DNA from: Candidatus Bathyarchaeota archaeon
GTDB taxonomy: Archaea > Thermoproteota > Bathyarchaeia > Bathyarchaeales > Bathycorpusculaceae
Length of the DNA stretch: 64,000 nucleotides
Assembly (NCBI GenBank): GCA_963815095.1
Contig: CAWFFH010000006.1
Span: 96,001 to 160,000, forward strand
Reading direction: 5' to 3'
Below the pieces are notes generated by a model. It did no database searches and was not told the origin of the DNA. It saw only the letters and a program-made list of their open reading frames with translations. The position numbers and the translations under genes are program-made. Below are positions 38,218-47,397 of the stretch, piece by piece (positions within the stretch are counted from its first letter, which is position 1; every line of letters starts with the position of its first letter).

Positions 38218-39541
38218 CGAAACCGTTGGAAAAAGATACATGCCTGATATATCCCGAAAAGAAATTGATGAACTCAAAAGCACTATGAAAGCAGCATCTC
38301 AAAAAGTAATAGCTGATAACATCGAACGCATGAAAAAAGCCGATCCACATAGACCTGAAGCGATGAGTTACTTTGACGAAATCTCAAACCTGTTTGGTAG
38401 ACGCCAAGAGGAAATTGCGGCAGAGAAAGAAAAAGGCAAGAAAGTTATCGGTTACATGTGCCTCTTCGCTCCCACAGAGTTGATTCTAGCTGCCGACGCC
38501 ATCCCGGTTAGGGTTAACTCAGGTTGGTATGACACATCCAAACTCGGCGACAGAGTTGTGCCTGTAGAGGTCTGCCCAGTTATCCGCTCAACCATCGGAG
38601 CAAAAATGATTGAACTTTCGCCGTTTCTTGAACAGAGCGATGCACTTATTAGCGTTTTAACCTGCGATGGCATGACTAAACTCAGCGAAATCCTCAGCGA
38701 TTACAAAACAATTTGGGGAATGAACGTTCCTCGAATAAAGGATTCCACGCAGTCGTTGCATTTCTGGAATGATGAAATAAAACAAATGAAAGCTCAGATT
38801 GAACAGTTCACAGGCAACAAAATTACTCGCAAGAACCTAAAAGAAGCTATCGAAACAACCCACAGGGCGACCAAAGCTTTCCGACGCTTACAAGAACTGC
38901 GCAAAGGCTCACCTGTAATTATGGGTAGAGATGCCATGTTGGTTAACCAAACCTTCCTGTGGGATGATAAGAAGCGATGGACCGAGAAAACTGAGGCTTT
39001 ATGCAATGAGCTTGAAGCGAGGGCGCAACGGAAAGATTGGGTTTCCCCTCCGGACACTCCAAGAGTCATGATTACTGGCACGCCGATGTTTTGGCCTGAC
39101 AGTTGGAAATTGCCTACGTTGGTTGAGGAAAGTAATCCTCGGGGCGTTATCGTTGCAGACGAATTATGTTCAGGCGAGAGAATACTAAACGACCCCGTCG
39201 GCGTTGACGAATGGTCAATGGATGACATGTTAAATGCCATCGGCGAACGCTATTTGATGGCTTCCACATGCCCTTGCTTTACAAGCAAAGACGGGAACGA
39301 GGACCGTGTCAATTGGCTTCTAAATAAAGTCAAGGACTGGAACGTTCAAGGCGTAATTTATTATGTGGTCAGGGGTTGCATGCTCTATGCCATGGAATAC
39401 ACTCGAGTTAAAAAAGCACTCGACAAAATCAATGTACCAGTTTACTACCTTGACACTGAATACACACGCGAAGACGTTGGACAAATGAAGACCCGTGTAG
39501 AAGCGTTTCTTGAAATGTTAACCGCGAGGTTGGACTTCTAA
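38210..39541 (+). CDS. 2-hydroxyacyl-CoA dehydratase-family reductase, double-cubane-cluster (DCCP) type
   Basis: GYMC-x37-C-x29-C(DG) and ELC...TCPCF...RGC cysteine sets in one chain; C-terminal GQMKTRVEAFLEM. Confidence 0.8.
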   Translation: MTDETVGKRYMPDISRKEIDELKSTMKAASQKVIADNIERMKKADPHRPEAMSYFDEISNLFGRRQEEIAAEKEKGKKVIGYMCLFAPTELILAADAIPVRVNSGWYDTSKLGDRVVPVEVCPVIRSTIGAKMIELSPFLEQSDALISVLTCDGMTKLSEILSDYKTIWGMNVPRIKDSTQSLHFWNDEIKQMKAQIEQFTGNKITRKNLKEAIETTHRATKAFRRLQELRKGSPVIMGRDAMLVNQTFLWDDKKRWTEKTEALCNELEARAQRKDWVSPPDTPRVMITGTPMFWPDSWKLPTLVEESNPRGVIVADELCSGERILNDPVGVDEWSMDDMLNAIGERYLMASTCPCFTSKDGNEDRVNWLLNKVKDWNVQGVIYYVVRGCMLYAMEYTRVKKALDKINVPVYYLDTEYTREDVGQMKTRVEAFLEMLTARLDF

Positions 39542-39543
39542 AA

Positions 39544-40329
39544 ATGATAACTGTTGGAATGGATTTGGGCACTCAAAGAGTGCAAGTTGTAGTCGTTAAA
39601 GACGGCACAGCAGTAGCCAGAGCTTGGGCTTTTTCAGGGTTTGACCCAACCAAAGCCGCTGAACAAGCTGTAGAGGAAGCCCTAAAACAAGCGAACCTAA
39701 AACTCTCCGAAGTTAACCACTTCGCAGCTACAGGCTCTGCCACTGACATGGCGCCATACGCCTTCAGCAAAGTCAGCATGATGAGTGCCGACGCAAAAGC
39801 AGGCATCTTCCTTGTCCCTAAAGCGCGAACAATCATCGATGTGGGTGCGGAGGAAGCAAGAGCTGTAAAATGCGACGAAAAAGGAATCATGGTGGATTTT
39901 GTCGTTAACGAACGCTGCGCTGCTGGCGCGGGAGCTTTCATAGAAGCTATGGCGAGAGCGCTTGAAGTTAAAACCGAAGAAATGGGTCTATTATCACTTA
40001 AGGCAGAGCGAGCGAGCCCCATAAACGCTTCATGCGTAATCTTTGGCGAATCCGATGTGGTTTCACTTATTCATCGTCAAGAATCCAAACCCGAAATCGC
40101 ACGAGCAGTATATGACGCGATGGCTGACCGAGTCTCATCCATGATCCACCGCTTAGGAATCAACCCCGAAGTGATACTTGTAGGCGGCGTCGCCAAAGAC
40201 CCGGGGTTTGTTGCATCGCTAAACCGCAAACTAGGTTTAACTGTCACGATTCCAGAATACCCAGAATACGTTGGGGCACTAGGCGCGGCGTTGATAGCCG
40301 CAACGCGCGCAAAGGAGCCACAGAAATGA
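39544..40329 (+). CDS. ASKHA ATP-dependent electron-transfer activator, BzdP/BadG-like
   Basis: GMDLG, IIDVGAEE, NERCAAGAG, CVIFGES. Confidence 0.88.
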   Translation: MITVGMDLGTQRVQVVVVKDGTAVARAWAFSGFDPTKAAEQAVEEALKQANLKLSEVNHFAATGSATDMAPYAFSKVSMMSADAKAGIFLVPKARTIIDVGAEEARAVKCDEKGIMVDFVVNERCAAGAGAFIEAMARALEVKTEEMGLLSLKAERASPINASCVIFGESDVVSLIHRQESKPEIARAVYDAMADRVSSMIHRLGINPEVILVGGVAKDPGFVASLNRKLGLTVTIPEYPEYVGALGAALIAATRAKEPQK

Positions 40330-41228
40330 ACCAGCCAAAAGAGACAGAATTCTGGCGTTGGCAAGAATACCACCGCATAATGCCCAACAAGAAATGGACA
40401 AACAAAGACATAATCACTGCAGGCGTAGATGTTGGCTCAGTTGGTTCCAAAGCTGCCATCATGGTTAATGGTGAAGCGTACAGTTGGGGCATTACCCGCA
40501 CAGGCTCTAACAGCCCTGAAAGCGCCACCAAAGCCCTCAACTACGCATTGGAAGGTACAGGACTGAAAGCAAGTGACCTCAAATACATCGTCGGCACAGG
40601 CTACGGACGTGTCAACGTACCTATGGCAAACAAAGCCATAACCGAAATCGCCTGCCACGCAAAAGGTGCCAACTACATCTGGGGAACCAGCGTCAGAACC
40701 GTCCTAGACGTTGGTGGACAAGACATCAAAGCCATCCGAATAGATGAAACAGGCAGAGTTGTCTCCTTCTTAATGAACGACAAATGCGCCGCTGGAACAG
40801 GCAGAGGAATGGAAGTTTTTGCTGATTTATTGCAGATTCCCATCGAACAAATAGGCGATATTTCCCTCAAAGTGGAAAAAGAACCAGAACCAGTAAGCTG
40901 CACTTGTGTTGCTTTCGCAAAAACTGAAGCCATGGGCTTACTGCGCAAAGGCTGGACAAGAGAAAAAGTTTTGGCCGCATATACAAGGGCAATGGCTGTA
41001 CGCATGGCCAATTTAATTAACAGAGTAGGCTTGGAACTGGAACTAGTCGTCACCGGCGGACAATCCAAAAACAAAGGTATTGTTACCCGAATCGAAACCA
41101 TCCTTGGGATAAAAACGCTTCCGACTCCCAAGTGGCGCGAAGAAGGCAGCTTAGACCCCATGGTTGCAGGCGCATTAGGCGCTGCTTTACTTGCCAAAGC
41201 CCTCTACGAGAAAGCACAGAAGACATAG
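40326..41228 (+). CDS. ASKHA ATP-dependent activator, BzdQ-like (benzoyl-CoA reductase-type subunit)
   Basis: N-terminal EFWRW extension, AGVDVGSV, RTGSNSPESA, TEIACHAKGA, NDKCAAGTG, CVAFAKTE. Confidence 0.88.
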   Translation: MNQPKETEFWRWQEYHRIMPNKKWTNKDIITAGVDVGSVGSKAAIMVNGEAYSWGITRTGSNSPESATKALNYALEGTGLKASDLKYIVGTGYGRVNVPMANKAITEIACHAKGANYIWGTSVRTVLDVGGQDIKAIRIDETGRVVSFLMNDKCAAGTGRGMEVFADLLQIPIEQIGDISLKVEKEPEPVSCTCVAFAKTEAMGLLRKGWTREKVLAAYTRAMAVRMANLINRVGLELELVVTGGQSKNKGIVTRIETILGIKTLPTPKWREEGSLDPMVAGALGAALLAKALYEKAQKT

Positions 41229-41236
41229 GTGAAAGT

Positions 41237-41524
41237 TTGATTACGCATTACGGCTATATCGACGGTTCTGGCGAATACTTCATAGTAATTGACTCCAACA
41301 AATGCAGCGGCTGCGGTAAATGCGTTCAAAAATGCCCCCAAACTGCCCTTCAAATTGAGACCGAATTTATTGATCTTGAAGACAAAGTGGTGGCGTCAAT
41401 AGTGGAAGGGCACCGAAAAAAAATAAAGTACACTTGTACACCCTGCAAACCCGAAGGCAACAGTACGCCATGCGTGGTCGCATGTGAATCTGGAGCAATC
41501 AGGTGCATTTGGAATCCGTTATGA
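41237..41524 (+). CDS. Ferredoxin of the type found with Bzd-like reductase clusters
   Basis: TTG start after an AGGTGA RBS; YGYIDGSGEYFIVID, CSGCGKCVQKCP, HRKKIKYTCTPCKP...PCVVAC. Confidence 0.85.
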   Translation: MITHYGYIDGSGEYFIVIDSNKCSGCGKCVQKCPQTALQIETEFIDLEDKVVASIVEGHRKKIKYTCTPCKPEGNSTPCVVACESGAIRCIWNPL

Positions 41525-41812
41525 ATTGTTCAGAGTCAGCAGTTAGAAAATTTTTAGGATAAAATAAGCTGATAAACAAAGATAAAACGAAGGATTATGG
41601 GAACAAAAATTATGGGTTTTATTATATTCCAATAATTACTACCGTGGCGGTTCCTTTGTTGGTTGAGCGAAAAAGGAAGGCGGAATCAGCGAGAAAATGT
41701 TGAGATCTGATGGGTTACGGACCCTATTTACTCCACTTTAAGTATTGCTAATCAATTACTTCGATACTATTTTATAATTCGCTAGGTTTAATTAGCAAAA
41801 AGGTGTATTGAG

Positions 41813-42394
41813 TTGTCAGACAGAGGGGTAGAAAAATTGGCCAAGAATCCACAATCAAAAGATGATGCTTTAGAGGCTTTAGATTTCATAGTAAATGTTC
41901 TCAAAGAGCACGAGAAAGACTTAGATAAACTAATCAATGAGTTGACAATCGTCACAGAACAAATAGGTGACACCGGGGAATTAAGCAGCAAAGTTGAGAA
42001 TATAGAGGAAAAAATAGATACTCTTCAAAAAGAAGTAACAAACTTAATCGGTCACATATCCAGCGTTCCCAGAGAAGCATCACCAACAACATTAGCATCC
42101 GAAAAAAACGAAACTATACCTGCGGCAACGGCAGCATTGCAGGGGGCACCATCAGTAGTTTTTCGTTGCAGACAATGGGAGGACTTCCAAGCATTAGCTA
42201 ATAAAGCTCAAACATTGTCTTTCAGTTATAAAGAAGAAGAGAAGGTTTTCCAAGCTGATGCACTTAAGGGAAACCAAATCATTATCTACAGTGGTGCACT
42301 TCCAAAGTTTTCTTCCATACTCAAAACATGGCTGTCTAAACAGCTCGATGTTCCCGAACGAAGTATTATGGAAGGCGTTTTAGCAGTAAGCTAA
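41813..42394 (+). CDS. Hypothetical protein with N-terminal coiled coil
   Basis: Heptad pattern over about residues 20-82, then a low-complexity linker and an alpha/beta C-terminal domain; AGGTG RBS. Confidence 0.75.
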   Translation: MSDRGVEKLAKNPQSKDDALEALDFIVNVLKEHEKDLDKLINELTIVTEQIGDTGELSSKVENIEEKIDTLQKEVTNLIGHISSVPREASPTTLASEKNETIPAATAALQGAPSVVFRCRQWEDFQALANKAQTLSFSYKEEEKVFQADALKGNQIIIYSGALPKFSSILKTWLSKQLDVPERSIMEGVLAVS

Positions 42395-42462
42395 AACCTG
42401 TATTTTCACTCCTTATTTTTGTTTCATAATGCTTAAATGAATTTTTGATTATCTTGATTCTT

Positions 42463-42609
42463 GTTAGTGATTGGAGGAATTGGTTAGGGTTGAAGGCTAC
42501 ACCAGTATGCCAAAAAATAATTTCCGTTTTCGAAGCCTTCTCCTTTCTCCTCGATACGGATGGCTATTGGACGCCAACACACATAACCAATCCTTCAAAC
42601 TTCACTAAC
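42463..42609 (+). ncRNA. Candidate rod-like structured ncRNA, about 147 nt
   Basis: Nested helices GTTAGTGA/TCACTAAC, TTGGAGG/CCTTCAA, ATTGGTTA/TAACCAAT, CCAGTA/TATTGG, GCCA/TGGC, TCCGT/ACGGA, TCGA/TCGA; TATA box TTAAAT at 42433-42438. Confidence 0.5.
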
Positions 42610-42810
42610 TTAACTTCAACTTTTAAGTTACCCGTTTATGTTTCTCGATAAGGACTCGTGCCTCTTTCGAAGCTAACGAAATCTCATATGAAGAAATTTG
42701 GGAGGAGTTTGTCTGTATTGGCGGTTTCTATCGTAATTAGTATGTTGAAAATTTGCTCTTTAGATTGGAAGGCAAATTATTTGATTAATAGACCTTTCCA
42801 ATATCCTTTT

Positions 42811-44118
42811 TTATTCGCTGGAATGTTTTGCCTTGCTCTTGCCATACCTAAGTTTTGCAGTCAGTATTTTTTCAGTTGCAAACAGCCGTGAAGCAATGTA
42901 CATTATGGCAATCGTGAAGATTGCAACATAAACAATCCCAAACACAACGGTTCCATAGTCGCCTGTAACTACAGCTTTTGCGGCGAGGATAGGATGACTG
43001 TACGGAATTGCGTAGAAGATTGCTTTTATTGAGAGTGGCAGCGAATTCACGTCGAGGTAGATTAACGCCATTGCAGGCAGGAAAATCAAGGGGTAAATAT
43101 ATCCAACTAAGGCTTGTGCGCCCCTAACGTTTTCGCTGAAAGCTGACATCACAACAGCCAACGCCAATGCCGACAGCAACGTAAAGAACAGGCTTATACC
43201 CAACAAAACATATCCTCCAATTGAAGGCACTAACCCTAAAGCAACTAAGTCAACACTTCCGCCTGAATTACTTGCGATTCCAACCGTTAAGGAACCAAGC
43301 ATATAATTGTAACCTATCAAAACCGTGATCGCGGCAACCCCCGCAACGATGATGGTGCTGGAGACTTTTCCCATAAGAATCGCAAACCTATCCACAGGAG
43401 TTGTGAGGAGAGTTTCCAACGTTTTTTCTTCTTTCTCCATTGCAACACTTGTCGCAGCAATCTGCATGGCATAAGTCAACATAACCATTATCGTGATGGG
43501 TAAAGCGATCGATTGGGTTAACAACAAACTTGACAAAACACTAACACTGACACCATTAGTAATTGTTCCTTTAATAACGCTTGACTCTGAAACTGAAACA
43601 ACATCTGGTGCAACTGCACGGTTAAAACCGTTAAGGACCGCGGTAACTGTTGTACTGCTGATGCCGCTGAAAATTCCGCCTCCACCATTGAATACTCCAT
43701 AAGTGTTTATCACGCCAGTTACATTCCATTCCCCAGCGTTATGCCGTGTTAGGTTGTCGCTGAATCCAGCGGGAATAACTAAAAACGTACTGCTGTTATA
43801 TTTGGCAAGCAAACCTTGGTCAACTACACTTTGAGGCGCAACATTGTTGACCGCCTTAACGTTCATTGTGTTGTTGAGGTAGCCCACGAAAGCTTGGCTC
43901 CAGTTGCCATTATCGTTGTCAATCACAAGTAAAGTTGCCCTTTGAGCCTCTGTCTGAGCTGTCTGAACCGCAAAACCCATAACTAACCCCAAAACTGGGA
44001 ACATAATGAGGGGCAAAACTATCATGCCAATTAGAATTTTTGGGTCACGCATAAGTTCTTTTAATTCTTTGATAAGTATAGTTGTGAAACCTTTAAGCAA
44101 AGCCAACCACCCTCGCAA
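42811..44118 (-). CDS. ABC-2 exporter permease (NatB-like)
   Basis: KELKELMRDPK, EKEEKTLETLLTTPV, ILMGK. Confidence 0.9.
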   Translation of the reverse strand: MRGWLALLKGFTTILIKELKELMRDPKILIGMIVLPLIMFPVLGLVMGFAVQTAQTEAQRATLLVIDNDNGNWSQAFVGYLNNTMNVKAVNNVAPQSVVDQGLLAKYNSSTFLVIPAGFSDNLTRHNAGEWNVTGVINTYGVFNGGGGIFSGISSTTVTAVLNGFNRAVAPDVVSVSESSVIKGTITNGVSVSVLSSLLLTQSIALPITIMVMLTYAMQIAATSVAMEKEEKTLETLLTTPVDRFAILMGKVSSTIIVAGVAAITVLIGYNYMLGSLTVGIASNSGGSVDLVALGLVPSIGGYVLLGISLFFTLLSALALAVVMSAFSENVRGAQALVGYIYPLIFLPAMALIYLDVNSLPLSIKAIFYAIPYSHPILAAKAVVTGDYGTVVFGIVYVAIFTIAIMYIASRLFATEKILTAKLRYGKSKAKHSSE

Positions 44119-44824
44119 AAACCTCTTCTAAATTCTGGCTATTATATTTCGATTTGAGCTCTTTTGGTTCCCCTTCAACAACCAACCGACCCTTATGAAC
44201 GAGTGCTACGCGGTTGCAGAGGTACTCAACTTCAAGCATGTTGTGGCTGCTGAACAGAACCGTGACGCCATGTTCCTTAACGTAGCGTTTAACGATCTCA
44301 CGAATATGATAAGCGTATAAAACATCCAACCCACTTGCTGGTTCATCAAGCACTGCTAATTTTGGATGTGTCATTAAAGCCCTTGCAACGAGTAATCGTC
44401 GTTTCATGCCTTTGCTGTAAGTTTTAGCTTTGTCTTTTAAGCGGTCTCCTAGTCCACAGATTTCTACAGCTTCCTCTATAGTGGCTTTTAGATTCATGCC
44501 GGGTGTGGTTTGAAGTTTAGCCATAAATTGAAGGTACTCTAAACCCGTAAGGTTTGGGTAAGCACCAGATTCTTCTGGCAAATAACTGATAATTTGACGG
44601 GTCTTTTCAGGTTGATTTGTTGCGTCCTGACCAAAAATATTTATTGTTCCTGTTGTTGGCTTAATTAAAGTGCAGATGATGCGCAGGGTTGTAGTTTTTC
44701 CGGCACCGTTGGGTCCGATTAAGCCGTAGATTTCGCCAGGTTTAATATTAAAACTTACACCGTTAAGGGCTCTTACTTGACCAAACTGCTTAGTTATTGA
44801 AATTGCTTCTACGGCTAGACTCAA
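44093..44824 (-). CDS. ABC exporter ATP-binding subunit (NatA-like)
   Basis: GPNGAGKTT, YSKGMKRR, LDEPASGLD, SSH. Confidence 0.94.
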   Translation of the reverse strand: MSLAVEAISITKQFGQVRALNGVSFNIKPGEIYGLIGPNGAGKTTTLRIICTLIKPTTGTINIFGQDATNQPEKTRQIISYLPEESGAYPNLTGLEYLQFMAKLQTTPGMNLKATIEEAVEICGLGDRLKDKAKTYSKGMKRRLLVARALMTHPKLAVLDEPASGLDVLYAYHIREIVKRYVKEHGVTVLFSSHNMLEVEYLCNRVALVHKGRLVVEGEPKELKSKYNSQNLEEVFARVVGFA

Positions 44825-44946
44825 GTTATCCGCTCTCTTGAGGTAGAAGACAATAATTTGTTATTTAAGTTTTAACTACTTTCGCCTCGCTTCTAAAAGA
44901 ATTAAAATAATAAAAGAAAGTGGAATTTCTTTTCCCTTTCTCTGGT

Positions 44947-46176
44947 TTAGCGACAGTCCCTATTTTCAGGCAGGATTTTTAGTATGCGAAGGATTTTCTT
45001 GAACTCTTCCTCTTTTAGCGATGCTCTGCGACCATTAGCATACATGTCTTTAACCGTATCTACGACTGCTGCGACGACTTGATCATCTGGAGCATTTCCA
45101 GATAACTCGGTGATTTTGTGTTTGATTATCCCTTTGCCGGATTGTTTGCCAATGGTTAAACGTCTTGTGTTACCTACTAATTCAGGCGGATAAGGTTCAT
45201 AGGTCCATGGATCGTTGAGAACGCCGTGAGTGTGGATTCCTGATTCGTGGGCGAAACCATAGTCGCCTACGATTGCCTTGTTTGGTGGAACTGTGTAACC
45301 TGTAGCTTTTCCAATGTAATCTGCTGTTACCTTCATTTTCTCTGTTTTGCCCTCATATTTCTTGACGCCATAGTGCAAATACAAGTTCAACAGAACTTTT
45401 TCTGTCTCTGCGTTACCTGCTCGTTCACCAATGCCAAGGTAGGTTGTGCTTGCGTAAACTTTATCCCAAACCCCTGAAGCCGTCTTAATCGCAGCCATAG
45501 TGTTCTCAACAGCGTTTCCAAAATCATCATGAGCATGAATCTCAATAGCGCTCATCCGAGTTTCCTTTTTGATGGCTAAAACTTTAGCGGGAATGCCGTG
45601 GGGTAAAGGTGCTTCGGGGTCAGATAATCCAATCCCAACTGTGTCACATATACGGTAACACTCTGCTCCTGCATCTGCAACAGCATTTATAAAACGTTTT
45701 TCAAAACCCCAGTCAGCGCGAGTACTATCTTCACCATGAACAAAGGTTCGCAAGCCACAAGTTTTAGCGGAGTATTCAGTTACGTCGACTATGTTAGCTA
45801 AGATTTGTTCTTGGGTTTTTTCTGGCCATTTTGCTTTAAAATGTATATCTGAAACAGGGTGCGAAATGCCAACTTCTTTGAGTCCACATTGGACCGCACT
45901 ATCGATGTCTTCTTTGACAGCTCTGCACCAACCTGCGACCCGTAAATCAAGATGCAGATCCCCGATTAACTTAGCTGCTTTTTTGTCTGGTTCCTGATAA
46001 TGAAAAAGTTCGATACGTTCAACGCCAACTTCACTGAGCAACTGGGCAATTTTTGCAGCATCTCTTGGTCCAGCGGCTAAGCCCGGCATTTGTATACCGT
46101 CACGAAGGGTAGTGTCATCTATAATTGGCTCGGTTTTTAGTGGCTTGAGTTTGAAATAAAAATCTTTTATGTCCAT
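44947..46176 (-). CDS. DRE-TIM acyltransferase (homocitrate/isopropylmalate synthase superfamily), Re-citrate-synthase-like
   Basis: DTTLRDG, EDSTRAD, CDTVG, HAHDDFG, GIGERAGN, HESGIH; no LeuA regulatory domain. Confidence 0.85.
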   Translation of the reverse strand: MDIKDFYFKLKPLKTEPIIDDTTLRDGIQMPGLAAGPRDAAKIAQLLSEVGVERIELFHYQEPDKKAAKLIGDLHLDLRVAGWCRAVKEDIDSAVQCGLKEVGISHPVSDIHFKAKWPEKTQEQILANIVDVTEYSAKTCGLRTFVHGEDSTRADWGFEKRFINAVADAGAECYRICDTVGIGLSDPEAPLPHGIPAKVLAIKKETRMSAIEIHAHDDFGNAVENTMAAIKTASGVWDKVYASTTYLGIGERAGNAETEKVLLNLYLHYGVKKYEGKTEKMKVTADYIGKATGYTVPPNKAIVGDYGFAHESGIHTHGVLNDPWTYEPYPPELVGNTRRLTIGKQSGKGIIKHKITELSGNAPDDQVVAAVVDTVKDMYANGRRASLKEEEFKKILRILKILPENRDCR

Positions 46177-46351
46177 TGCTCTCTTGATCCTTTGCGTTTC
46201 TCCGACGCATTTTTTTAACGCTAACTAACGCTTGTCTGCAATTGATAAACGTTTCTGCACTATTTATGTAAGTTTGTCCAAAAGAATACGAGACTTAACT
46301 GCAAAATGTTTTGTCTTAATATTAACAAAACCTTTACATTCAACACGCAAA

Positions 46352-46666
46352 CTATCCAACATTAGCATACAGAGCTTTAAGCGTCCCCGAAACAGCCAAA
46401 ACGTGCACCGACGCTACCTTACCAGCCACATTCGTAACTGTAACCAACGAAGCTCTAACTTTCGGAAAAGACACAAGAGAAGTGCGAACCACAAAAATTT
46501 TTCTCTCCCCCTCAAAATTAATCAAAGCTAACCCAGTCGTACTTGCCCCAATCTCTCCATATAGCTTAGTAACAGCAGCCCAAACAGCATCCATAAATTC
46601 CCGCTCTGAGGGTAAAGTTTCGGATTCCAGTTGAAGGGCAAGGTACCGGCGTTTAACTCGTTTCAA
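46352..46666 (-). CDS. rnp2: RNase P protein Pop5/Rpp14
   Basis: KRRYL...LYGEIGA...VSGTLKAL. Confidence 0.92.
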   Translation of the reverse strand: MKRVKRRYLALQLESETLPSEREFMDAVWAAVTKLYGEIGASTTGLALINFEGERKIFVVRTSLVSFPKVRASLVTVTNVAGKVASVHVLAVSGTLKALYANVG

Positions 46667-47397
46667 ATGGGTTTGCCCTCCTTAACTACACTGATACCGG
46701 GCGCCACAAACCTTGTACTTAGCTTTTCGCGGTTACGCAAAACAATCTCGGCGGGATTAGTTGAAACTGCATTTAAAGCCTGAACTTCGTCGAGCCCAAA
46801 TAAGTAACCTAAACTTGCCAAATCATGGGGCATGCGCATCAGATTTTCCTCGCCAACTCCGCTCGAAACTATAACAGGCACATGGAACTCCAGTGCAATT
46901 GCCACTTCCCGCCTCAAACTCGAAAGCAACCTGACACGTGCTGGGCCCTCCATAACGAGCAGAGGTTTAATATCCACTTCCAACGCTGCTAAACTGCAGC
47001 TAGCAAGTTCCGCTTCGGCGCGGTCAAAAAACCGTTTATGATAATCAAGACTTGGAAAACTTAATAGGTCAACGCGTCTGTCTTTGGCAGCTTGCCGCGC
47101 AATTTCTTTTTCGTCACAAACAATGCATATGACTTCGAATTGACGCCGGAATTTGCGCAGGAAACGCATTAGGTCTTCTTGGGTTCGGGGCTTAAAATCC
47201 GCTCGCAAAACAAAGTCCAAACCCGCTTGAGTGCATGCAGCTTTGAGGGCAGCTACTTCGGTTTCTCGGACACCATTTGTGAATGGAAAACCTATGTAGT
47301 GGTAACCCATTCGGGCTGCCTTTGTGATTAGTAGCTGAGCCGTTTGTTGGTCTTTTGGATTGATACGTAAATGCAAATCGGCGAAGGTTCGGGTCAT
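46663..47397 (-). CDS. rnp3: RNase P protein Rpp30
   Basis: FADLHL, RVDLL, VPVIVSSG, RxPxDL; conserved position next to rnp2. Confidence 0.9.
   Translation of the reverse strand: MTRTFADLHLRINPKDQQTAQLLITKAARMGYHYIGFPFTNGVRETEVAALKAACTQAGLDFVLRADFKPRTQEDLMRFLRKFRRQFEVICIVCDEKEIARQAAKDRRVDLLSFPSLDYHKRFFDRAEAELASCSLAALEVDIKPLLVMEGPARVRLLSSLRREVAIALEFHVPVIVSSGVGEENLMRMPHDLASLGYLFGLDEVQALNAVSTNPAEIVLRNREKLSTRFVAPGISVVKEGKPI

Noticed and set aside
38210-41524. Canonical four-subunit benzoyl-CoA reductase or 2-hydroxyglutaryl-CoA dehydratase
   Set aside because: Only one reductase-family subunit is present, it carries both Cys sets, and no aromatic or amino-acid fermentation genes are adjacent.
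42445-42891. Two short + strand ORFs (68 and 77 aa)
   Set aside because: No motifs or RBS; the region is better explained by RNA secondary structure, and the second ORF overlaps the ABC permease.
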